Positions 26,829 through 34,137 of a stretch of DNA of 34,137 nucleotides are shown piece after piece. Source of the stretch: Bacteroidales bacterium (lineage in GTDB: Bacteria; Bacteroidota; Bacteroidia; Bacteroidales; VadinHA17); the NCBI GenBank assembly GCA_027451265.1, contig DAIDJT010000003.1:1-34137 (forward strand), written 5' to 3'. The translations under genes and the position numbers were made by a program. The notes under the pieces were generated by a model that had not been told where the DNA came from, searched no databases, and saw only the letters and a program-made list of their open reading frames with translations. Position 1 is the first letter of the stretch. Every line of letters starts with the position of its first letter.

Positions 26829-29800
26829 CTAAACAGTGTAGAGAAGCGGAAACTCCACGGTAAATACCGTCCCTTTGTCCTGCTCCGTTGTAAACCAGAT
26901 TTTGCCTCCTGCTCCTTCTACATACCGCTTGACTATTGACAGACCGAGCCCCATTCCTGAAGATTTGGTAGTGAAATTGGGTGTGAACATTTTGGGAATA
27001 AGTTCACCCGGAATGCCTGTCCCGTTGTCTATAAATTTTACCCTGACGTGGGTATTATCAGCCGAAAGGACTATCCTGATCACGCCGTTTTTCCCGGAAG
27101 GGACAGACTGAATGGCATTCTTGAGTAGGTTGGAGAAGATACTGTTCAGATGTTCCCTGTCAGCCATCACCACTGCCTTATTGATTTTTCCGCTCTCAAG
27201 CGTAATGGTTGTGTTTTCGGCTTGGCCGAACATGGCAACAGTAGTATTGAGCTGGGCAAGTATATCAACCTCGGCCGGTTCTGCTACCGGCAGCTTGGCG
27301 AAGGAGGAGAAGGCGGACGCAATGTTTGACAGGTTCTCTATGTATTCAATCTGGTTGTCCGTAAAGTTCCTGATTCTCCTGTCGAAATCTGGCACCTTGT
27401 CGCTCCATGACTTTAACAATTGCTGCACATTCAGCTTCATCGGGGTGAGAGGGTTCTTGATCTCATGGGCAATCTGCCTGGCCATCTCGCGCCAGGCCAT
27501 CTCACGTTCTGTTTGGGCAAGCTTGCTTGCGCTCTCCTCCAGCTCATCAGTCATGCGGTTGTACTGCCGCACCAGCTCACCTACCTCATCACGGCTGTTA
27601 TAACTGATATGCTCGTTTTTCTTACCGTAGGCTACCGAGGCCATCGCCTGCTGAAGCATATTGAGCGGGCTGGTTATTCTCTCGCTGAGGAACACCGCCA
27701 CCCACATCATTATCAGCAGGAACAGCAGAGCAAAGTTGACAAGGGTAACAAGCAGGTTTGTCGTCTCCCGGGTCAGCAGGTTCTGCATTGTAAAATATGG
27801 TATGTTGAGATATGCAAGGAGCTTGTTGTCTTCATTGTAGAATGGAAGGTAGGCAGAAAGGAAATTCATTGTGCCTATGCTCTCAACGCCAATGTACTCT
27901 TCCCTGCCACCTGATGTAAGCATGCCATAGGCCACAGGATCAATCATACTTCCCTCAAGCTTGCGCGAAAAAACTTCGGGTCTCGATGTGGCTATCAGCC
28001 TGCCTGACGGCGAATAGAGATTGATGTCAGTAAAAAATACGTTTGAGAATTTGACCAGGAGATGGTTCAGTGTGGGATAATCAGGCGCCTGCCACCCTTT
28101 CTCCAGCGTCTCCTCCGAGGCAAGCTTGTGCTCCAGCTCTATTGAAAGTGAAGTGGCCTTCTCGCGTATGATCCTCGTATGATTGTTGCGGAATTGCCTT
28201 GTGCTGAGCATAAGTGCACCTGTTATCACTATAATGAAGACCACAGTAAGTACGGCTGCAAAGGAAAGCTGCAGACGCCTGCGGAAGGTATCAGTCTTCA
28301 AAATCTCCGCGGGCTTAAGTGTGAAGACAACCAGTAAGGTGAACACATAAATAAGTGTGACAATGAAGAGATAGGCAAATGTGATGATCCTGTCAAGCAG
28401 CTTAACTTTGGCAGTGGAAATTGCCAGGGTCATGTCACCAAGAGTATAATACAAATGCCGGTAATCACGGGTATCTTCAAACCTGAACTCTTCCCTCTCT
28501 GACTGACCTTCGGCAATTGATGTTTCATAGGGGTATTCCCCCGACCTCAGAACAAGGGTGCCCCGGCTGTACTTGGCATAAGAAATATCCTTAAGCATCG
28601 GGAAACGCTGATGGCCCCCGTCAAGAAGCAGCTCAGGGTATCCCGCCAGGAAGGTTTCAATATGACTGACGAGCTCAATAAAGAGCCCGTTGGTCACCCC
28701 GGGCGAGAGCTCATAAACGAGCTTTGACATGTACCACGCCCTGCCGGTCCGGTTACGCATGAAATAAAAACCAGTCTGTGTAATGGTGTCACCCTCATTC
28801 CTGATCCGGTTGTCAAACCAGTCAAAACAGCTTTTCGCTTCCGTACCCGTTGATCCCAGGCTGAGAGGAGAGTCATTGCGGCAGATCACGATGTTGATAT
28901 CGTAGTTCTCCCAGTAACCGTAGAAATACCCGTCTTCAAGATACCTGTAAACACCATTTATATCACCGGGAGTGATGATTTCCTTTTTGACCAGCCCCTC
29001 CAGGACGGTATCACCCTCCAGCGCCGGCCACATGTCAATAATCATCCCTTCTGCCACCATATCATTGTCGCTGGCCAGGGAGACGGCCATGACTTTCATG
29101 TTCCTCTCCTCCTTGAGGACCGAGTACCTGATGATCAGGGCTGTGGCAAGCAAGGCGGTGACTACTGAAAAAATAAGGGTTAGCGAAACCTCGGAATAGG
29201 CTTTTCTCTGCCAGATCAGTATGGCAGCAACCATTACAATGACCCACAGGATGCTCCATCCGCTGCAGTCGCTTCCCAGGAAACAGGCCAGCGGAAGCAG
29301 TATCAGTGAGCCGCCGGTAATGGCAATGGTTTCCCGCAGAGACCAGCCCTGTATCATCCGGAATGCACGCATGAAGAGTATCACCGGTACCGTCAGAAGC
29401 AGCATCACTGAGACAATCCCGGCAAGGCTCATGAAAGTCATGTCAAGAATCCTGAATGCTTCGAAGCTGATTGCCGAATTCACCACCAGGTCCCTGAAAT
29501 ATGCCTCCCCCAGGAGGAAGAGAACAAATCCCGATGCCAGCATCAGCAACGGGACCAGCGGCCTGAGCAGGCCCTTTCCGGTCCACGGGAGGTTGAACCT
29601 CCCGCTCCTGAAGGAGAACCTGATACCTGACAGGATCAGGATGCCGAGAAGCAACACATGGCCAACCGTCGGCATCAGCCGGCCTGCTGACCAGTTAAAT
29701 GGTGAAAACAGTTCCATGGAGGTCACCGAATGAGGCAGCCCCGTCAGGAGAAGAACAATGTAAACAGCCAGCAGGGCGAGAAAGGCCACGGCAATGCCAG

Positions 29801-30518
29801 ATGGCGGTTTCGCTTTCCGGTCAACCATGAGAGCGATCAGAACCACACACCTGACAACCAGGAAGAACACAATCATCCAGAGCAAAACAGGAATGGCGAT
29901 GAATATTGTGTTGGGCTTTTTATCAGGGAAAACCAGGCCGAAATGATACTCCTTCTCCGATCCAAACACCCTGAAACCAGAGGCAGAAGGATCAAAGGTG
30001 ATCCTGGTCTCATCCGGCAGATGAAATGTCTCAGGATAACCCGTCTTCAGAATATTGTTGACTATCGGATATTGCCTGTAAACCTTTATCAGTGCCAGCA
30101 TCTCATACCCCGGAAACCCCAGGTGCACCGGGATGAACCATCCGTTGCTGTAGAATACCGGCTTGTGCGTGTCAAAATGTTCCTCATAGATTACCGGGAA
30201 GGCAATGCTGTTGTCAGACCAGTAAGCAATATGTCCCTCCTGATAAACCAGCAGGGTTATTCCTTTCCTGTGTGCAGTGCTGCCCAGAGAACTGCGGAAC
30301 AAGGCTGCAGGATCACCGGTATCCGTGATCTCCTGCTCTGCCATGCGGAGAAGATTCCCGGCTTCATTCTCCAGCGATATAAGCCTGGCATCAACACGGG
30401 CCGTGCGGAACCGCCACTCAAGATCACTGAAATAAACCATGTCGGCAACTGCTGCCAGGGTAAAGGCAACCAGCAGGGCAACTCCTGCAGTCCTGATATT
30501 CTTCAGTCTCTCAGCCAT
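26829..30518 (-). CDS. Large multi-TM sensor histidine kinase (HAMP, NtrY-like HisKA, HATPase)
   Basis: HAMP RDEVGELVRQYNRM, H-box MARQIAHEIKNPLTPMKL, N-box NLLKNAIQ, DNGTGI, FTTKSSGMGLGL; start set at ATG 30518 just after the rlmH stop. Confidence 0.93.
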   Translation of the reverse strand: MAERLKNIRTAGVALLVAFTLAAVADMVYFSDLEWRFRTARVDARLISLENEAGNLLRMAEQEITDTGDPAALFRSSLGSTAHRKGITLLVYQEGHIAYWSDNSIAFPVIYEEHFDTHKPVFYSNGWFIPVHLGFPGYEMLALIKVYRQYPIVNNILKTGYPETFHLPDETRITFDPSASGFRVFGSEKEYHFGLVFPDKKPNTIFIAIPVLLWMIVFFLVVRCVVLIALMVDRKAKPPSGIAVAFLALLAVYIVLLLTGLPHSVTSMELFSPFNWSAGRLMPTVGHVLLLGILILSGIRFSFRSGRFNLPWTGKGLLRPLVPLLMLASGFVLFLLGEAYFRDLVVNSAISFEAFRILDMTFMSLAGIVSVMLLLTVPVILFMRAFRMIQGWSLRETIAITGGSLILLPLACFLGSDCSGWSILWVIVMVAAILIWQRKAYSEVSLTLIFSVVTALLATALIIRYSVLKEERNMKVMAVSLASDNDMVAEGMIIDMWPALEGDTVLEGLVKKEIITPGDINGVYRYLEDGYFYGYWENYDINIVICRNDSPLSLGSTGTEAKSCFDWFDNRIRNEGDTITQTGFYFMRNRTGRAWYMSKLVYELSPGVTNGLFIELVSHIETFLAGYPELLLDGGHQRFPMLKDISYAKYSRGTLVLRSGEYPYETSIAEGQSEREEFRFEDTRDYRHLYYTLGDMTLAISTAKVKLLDRIITFAYLFIVTLIYVFTLLVVFTLKPAEILKTDTFRRRLQLSFAAVLTVVFIIVITGALMLSTRQFRNNHTRIIREKATSLSIELEHKLASEETLEKGWQAPDYPTLNHLLVKFSNVFFTDINLYSPSGRLIATSRPEVFSRKLEGSMIDPVAYGMLTSGGREEYIGVESIGTMNFLSAYLPFYNEDNKLLAYLNIPYFTMQNLLTRETTNLLVTLVNFALLFLLIMMWVAVFLSERITSPLNMLQQAMASVAYGKKNEHISYNSRDEVGELVRQYNRMTDELEESASKLAQTEREMAWREMARQIAHEIKNPLTPMKLNVQQLLKSWSDKVPDFDRRIRNFTDNQIEYIENLSNIASAFSSFAKLPVAEPAEVDILAQLNTTVAMFGQAENTTITLESGKINKAVVMADREHLNSIFSNLLKNAIQSVPSGKNGVIRIVLSADNTHVRVKFIDNGTGIPGELIPKMFTPNFTTKSSGMGLGLSIVKRYVEGAGGKIWFTTEQDKGTVFTVEFPLLYTV

Positions 30519-30522
30519 AAGA

Positions 30523-30996
30523 CTATTCATGATGATAAGGATCCCCGGCATTGACCGAAAGCACCCTGTATAGTTGTTCCGCGAACAATAATCGTACCAC
30601 CTGGTGCGAGAAGGTGAGCCTCGAGAGCGAAAGCATATGGTCTGCCCTGGCTGTCACCGATGGGTCAAAGCCGTAAGGGCCTCCCACAACAAACACTATT
30701 CTTTTGGACTGTAGCATCATCAGTTTGCGCATCCATTCAGCCATCTCAAGAGTTGAATACAATTTCCCCCGTTCATCAAGCAGAACCACATGATCATCAA
30801 CCCGGAACTGTGCAAGCATCTTCTCCGCCTCCCTGGCTTTCACCCATTCTGCAGGACGGCTGCCCGGATTTTTGACATCAGGCAGGGTGATGATCTCCAG
30901 GCGACAATATTTTGAGATTCTCTTCTCATATTCCGCCACGCCGTCACTTATCCATGACTTATCAGTCTTTCCCGCCAGCAGCAGCGCTATCTTCAT
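30523..30996 (-). CDS. rlmH: 23S rRNA (pseudouridine-1915-N3)-methyltransferase
   Basis: LLDERGK, FVVGGPYGF, LSLSRLTFSHQVVRLLFAEQLYR, terminal PYHHE. Confidence 0.97.
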   Translation of the reverse strand: MKIALLLAGKTDKSWISDGVAEYEKRISKYCRLEIITLPDVKNPGSRPAEWVKAREAEKMLAQFRVDDHVVLLDERGKLYSTLEMAEWMRKLMMLQSKRIVFVVGGPYGFDPSVTARADHMLSLSRLTFSHQVVRLLFAEQLYRVLSVNAGDPYHHE

Positions 30997-31023
30997 CACT
31001 CGCCCGTTTTATATCGGGTATGG

Positions 31024-31110
31024 CAAATATAGCAATTAAGCCCTTTAATGCAGGTGCGGCGCCGGGATAATTAAAAGTGGTTCGGTTTTTGATATATTTG
31101 GTTAAATTTG
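31024..31110. promoter_or_regulatory. Divergent Bacteroidota promoters
   Basis: TATATTTG on the minus strand (31031-31024) for rlmH; TATATTTG (31093-31100) and TAAATTTG (31103-31110) on the plus strand for DUF4783-nadC. Confidence 0.6.
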
Positions 31111-31145
31111 CTTTGTCCTTACAGGGAAAGCATAAAGGAAACAAA

Positions 31146-31547
31146 ATGAGAAAGAAGATTATGGCAACGACGGGGCTGCTGCTCACCATTGCATTCCTGC
31201 TTGCTGCCCAGGATCAGCCAGGTGTACCCGCAGGTATCGCAATCGCGTTCCGGACCGGGAGCGCTTCCGGACTCTCCCAATACCTTAACAAAACCGTTGA
31301 GCTCGTTCTTCCGGGGAAAGAGGATTTCTACAGCAAGAGCGTTGCCGAGACCATACTGAAGGATTTCTTCACCCGCTATCGCTCACGCGAATTTGTCATC
31401 AAGCACCAGGGTGCAAGGGGCGATGCCCAGTATGCCATAGCAAACCTGGAGACTGACAAGGGTAAATTCAGAGTTTACTTCCTGCTGAAAAAGGTTGACG
31501 GCAATCCGCTGATACACCAGATAAGGATTGAGACTGACAATGAATGA
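31146..31547 (+). CDS. DUF4783-family secreted protein
   Basis: Signal peptide from ATG 31146; YSKSVAETILKDFF, KFRVYFLLK, IHQIRIE; usual position upstream of nadC in Bacteroidota. Confidence 0.8.
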   Translation: MRKKIMATTGLLLTIAFLLAAQDQPGVPAGIAIAFRTGSASGLSQYLNKTVELVLPGKEDFYSKSVAETILKDFFTRYRSREFVIKHQGARGDAQYAIANLETDKGKFRVYFLLKKVDGNPLIHQIRIETDNE

Positions 31548-32382
31548 TAAGCAGCTGCGGTCATTTATAATCAATGCCCTCGCCGAAGACACCGGCGATG
31601 GCGATCACAGTTCCCTTGCTTCAGTCCCTGCCACTTCAACGGGCCGCGCCAGGCTCATAATCAAGGAAAACGGCATCATCTCAGGGCTTCGCGTGGCACG
31701 CGAGGTTTTCAGTATTACCGACCCATCCCTTCTTGTTGAGATCCTGCTTAGCGACGGTGACAGGGTTCAGTATGGCGACATTGCCCTGACAGTGGCAGGG
31801 AAGGCTCAGTCAATCCTGCGGGCCGAGAGACTGGTTCTGAACATAATGCAGAGAATGAGCGGTATTGCCACCAGCACAGCCCTTTATACTGAAAAAATCA
31901 GTGACACTCATTCAAAAATCACTGACACCCGTAAAACAACCCCCGGCATGCGGGCACTGGAAAAGGAGGCTGTACGCACAGGAGGAGGAGTAAACCACCG
32001 GATGGGCCTCTATGACATGATCATGCTGAAGGACAACCATATAGATTACGCAGGGGGAATAGCATCAGCAATCAGGGGCACTAAAAAATACCTTCGTGAG
32101 AAACGGCTTGACCTCAGAATAGAGGTGGAAGCCCGCAACCTGAAAGAGGTCAGGGAAATACTGGAAGCAGGAGACGTTGACCGCATCATGCTTGACAACT
32201 TCAGTACTGCCGACACGATGGAAGCAGTGGCTCTCATCGCCGGGAGAACGGAGACGGAATCATCGGGAGGCATCACCCTCGAAAACGTGAGGGATTATGC
32301 CCTGTGCGGCGTCGATTACATTTCAATAGGGGCTCTGACCCATCACATAAAAAGCCTTGATATGAGCCTGAAAGCCTATTGA
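31540..32382 (+). CDS. nadC: Nicotinate-nucleotide diphosphorylase (carboxylating)
   Basis: ALAED, ERLVLNIMQRMSGIAT, DTRKTTPG, HRMGLYD, LKDNH, IMLDNF, SGGITLEN. Confidence 0.97.
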   Translation: MNDKQLRSFIINALAEDTGDGDHSSLASVPATSTGRARLIIKENGIISGLRVAREVFSITDPSLLVEILLSDGDRVQYGDIALTVAGKAQSILRAERLVLNIMQRMSGIATSTALYTEKISDTHSKITDTRKTTPGMRALEKEAVRTGGGVNHRMGLYDMIMLKDNHIDYAGGIASAIRGTKKYLREKRLDLRIEVEARNLKEVREILEAGDVDRIMLDNFSTADTMEAVALIAGRTETESSGGITLENVRDYALCGVDYISIGALTHHIKSLDMSLKAY

Positions 32383-32392
32383 AACCTATTTT

Positions 32393-33349
32393 ATGAGCGC
32401 CAGGGAAACGCTGATCGCAAAAACCAACGGGATTAGAAAAGCCGTACTGCCCGGCTTTGACGGAGCACCACTTGAACTGGTGGCAAAACTTATTGTAAAG
32501 GGACTCTTCGGCCGCGGAGTGCTTGTAACCAGGGCCTCCTCAATAGCCTTTAACATGCTGATGGCACTGCTCCCGGCAACAATTTTCCTCTTCACACTGA
32601 TACCGTTTGTGCCTATCCCGAACTTCCAGTCTGAGCTGGTAAAACTCTTTGAGAACTTCCTGCCGGTTTCAGCATACAACCTTTTCGAAACAACAATCAT
32701 CGATGTAATTACCAGAAGAAGCGGCACCCTTCTGGTAGTGATGTTCTTCGCAACGATCATCTTCTCAACCAACGGCATTCATGCGCTGATGCATGCATTC
32801 AACGTGTCGGTGCACGACTTCGCAAGCCGGTCATGGGTACAGCAGAGGAAGATTGCAGTATTCCTTCTCGTCTTTATCCTTATCATGTTCTCAGCTGCCG
32901 GTGCCCTGATCATTCTGAGCAGGCTGGTTGTAAACAGGCTTGTGGATATCGGAGTGCTGGAGATGAACCTGGTCTTCTACATCGTGATGACCTTCAAGTG
33001 GATACTCATCATTGTGATGCTGTTCTTTGCCATCTCTACCCTCTACTATCTTGTTCCGGCCCGCAGGAAGGACTTCAGATACATTTCCCCCGGGTCAATC
33101 CTCGCCACCAGTCTGTTCATCATCACCTCCCTTGCATTCTCGGCCTATGTAAACAATTTCGGCCAGTACAACAAGCTTTATGGCTCGATAGGGACCCTGA
33201 TAGTGATACTTATCTGGCTGTATCTCAACTCGGTGGCATTGCTTGTGGGTTTTGAGCTTAATGTCAGCATCAGGGCCGCCACCTGTAACCATGGAAACGG
33301 ATGCCGGCCGGAACCTCAGCACCCACAGCCTGCCGAAGTTCACGGCTGA
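32393..33349 (+). CDS. YihY/BrkB-family membrane protein
   Basis: RASSIAFNMLMALLP, multiple TM helices, YNKLYGSIGTLIVILIWLYL...GFELN. Confidence 0.93.
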   Translation: MSARETLIAKTNGIRKAVLPGFDGAPLELVAKLIVKGLFGRGVLVTRASSIAFNMLMALLPATIFLFTLIPFVPIPNFQSELVKLFENFLPVSAYNLFETTIIDVITRRSGTLLVVMFFATIIFSTNGIHALMHAFNVSVHDFASRSWVQQRKIAVFLLVFILIMFSAAGALIILSRLVVNRLVDIGVLEMNLVFYIVMTFKWILIIVMLFFAISTLYYLVPARRKDFRYISPGSILATSLFIITSLAFSAYVNNFGQYNKLYGSIGTLIVILIWLYLNSVALLVGFELNVSIRAATCNHGNGCRPEPQHPQPAEVHG

Positions 33350-33457
33350 GTATTGCTAGGCCACAGGGAAAAGAGCGACCGGCGGGCTGCCGAAGTTCAC
33401 AGTTGAGCAATCATATGGAAAAGGGCTGCCGGCGGGCTGCCGAAATTCACCACTGAG
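33330..33457 (+). repeat. Three imperfect direct repeats spanning the yihY stop codon
   Basis: ctgccgaa(g/a)ttcacNNNtgag at 33330, 33387 and 33437; copies 2 and 3 share a 41-bp unit starting ggaaaag (33367, 33417). Confidence 0.85.
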
Positions 33458-33488
33458 CTGTCCGCGGGGCAACGGATAAAAGCAGTCC

Positions 33489-34137
33489 TTAATTTCTCTG
33501 CGCCCTGTTCAGATATATCCTCCTCTGATCACTGCTGGCAGCCTTGTTAAGGAATGCGAACAGTTCCCTGGCCCTGTCTCCCGTATAGATACCCTTCCTG
33601 AGGCTCAGCTTCCTCCTGAAAAGGAGAGATCCGTCATTCAGAGTCTCAACAGTGTATCTGTATGATCCGTACGGACCCTCCGCATACACTGGTGACGGGA
33701 TATATTCCGCCCTGTATTCAGCCGGGAATCTGTAGACAATGGAATCTACTATGTCTTCAACCTCATAAATCCTGACTGAAATTGTATCAAAGGGCTGACG
33801 CCGGAAGCCGTTGAGACAGGGGTTGAAGTGTATCCTTGTCCCGGCAACTACAGCAAAATCATTAAGAGTAAGATCAAATGACAGCTCTGAGACAGGATCA
33901 CCCTCCGTTACCTCATTGTATGATGCAGTGTCAGCATTGAATGTGCCGAGGGCCATCCCCTGGTTTATCAGTCTCTTCATCTCAGTGACACTTTTGCCGC
34001 TGAAGATCCGGTTCTTGTCAAATCCGAGTCCCCCGGAGGTCATTGTCAAAGATCCCCTGGCCGGCCCCCTCCTGCCCACGGTGATTATACCTGTGCTCTT
34101 CCTGTAACTGTTGCTGAACTGCGGCGTGCGCACCAGT
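33489..34137 (-). CDS. C-terminal part of a DUF3857/transglutaminase-like protein (runs off the right edge)
   Basis: Frame open to the window edge (...LVRTP...); DSIVYRFPAEYRAEYIP, YGSY, RRKLSLRKGIY, LFAFL pattern typical of the C-terminal DUF3858-like region. Confidence 0.7.
   Translation of the reverse strand, partial: LVRTPQFSNSYRKSTGIITVGRRGPARGSLTMTSGGLGFDKNRIFSGKSVTEMKRLINQGMALGTFNADTASYNEVTEGDPVSELSFDLTLNDFAVVAGTRIHFNPCLNGFRRQPFDTISVRIYEVEDIVDSIVYRFPAEYRAEYIPSPVYAEGPYGSYRYTVETLNDGSLLFRRKLSLRKGIYTGDRARELFAFLNKAASSDQRRIYLNRAQRN

Noticed and set aside
12961-31539. Longer starts in the ORF track (12961, 14710, 16032, 22229, 30551, 30999, 31077, 31528)
   Set aside because: They overlap promoters or neighbouring genes, or precede the evident signal peptide; downstream ATGs fit better.
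2581-32382. Genome-wide TGA recoding
   Set aside because: The lolD-like gene, porP, rlmH and nadC end at TGA at their expected family C-termini, so TGA is a normal stop here.
33330-33457. Mini CRISPR array
   Set aside because: Only three imperfect copies, unique gaps of 9-16 bp between full units, unequal period, overlap with a coding end, and no cas genes.

Overview
A gene-dense chromosomal window from a Bacteroidota organism, most likely Bacteroidales, judged by the TAnnTTTG promoters, PorP/SprF, type-B T9SS CTD and the rlmH/DUF4783-nadC-yihY gene order. Left to right: the 5' end of a CusA/CzcA metal efflux operon led by a His/Cys-rich small gene; tatA and a lolD-like ATPase; secDF; an adaptor/MacB-permease/TolC operon; glmM; rluB-like synthase, era, der and a lipoprotein. 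Next is a tightly packed five-gene minus-strand cluster: Gly-rich T9SS cargo, PorP/SprF, PD40+PKD protein, unknown secreted protein, and a beta-propeller sensor fused to a SpoIIE/PP2C phosphatase. The window ends with a large orphan histidine kinase behind rlmH, DUF4783-nadC-yihY, and the 3' end of a DUF3857/transglutaminase-like gene. I found no rRNA, tRNA, CRISPR or mobile element. Three things stand out. (1) The efflux leader gene reads G-L-[TGA]-A-P-P-T-V-stop, an RAPP ribosome-arrest motif with a stop codon at the Arg position. (2) The T9SS cargo operon ends in a transmembrane PP2C phosphatase, a candidate surface-sensing system. (3) Degenerate tandem duplications span the stop codons of secDF and yihY. 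All family calls come from motif recognition by eye, not database searches.
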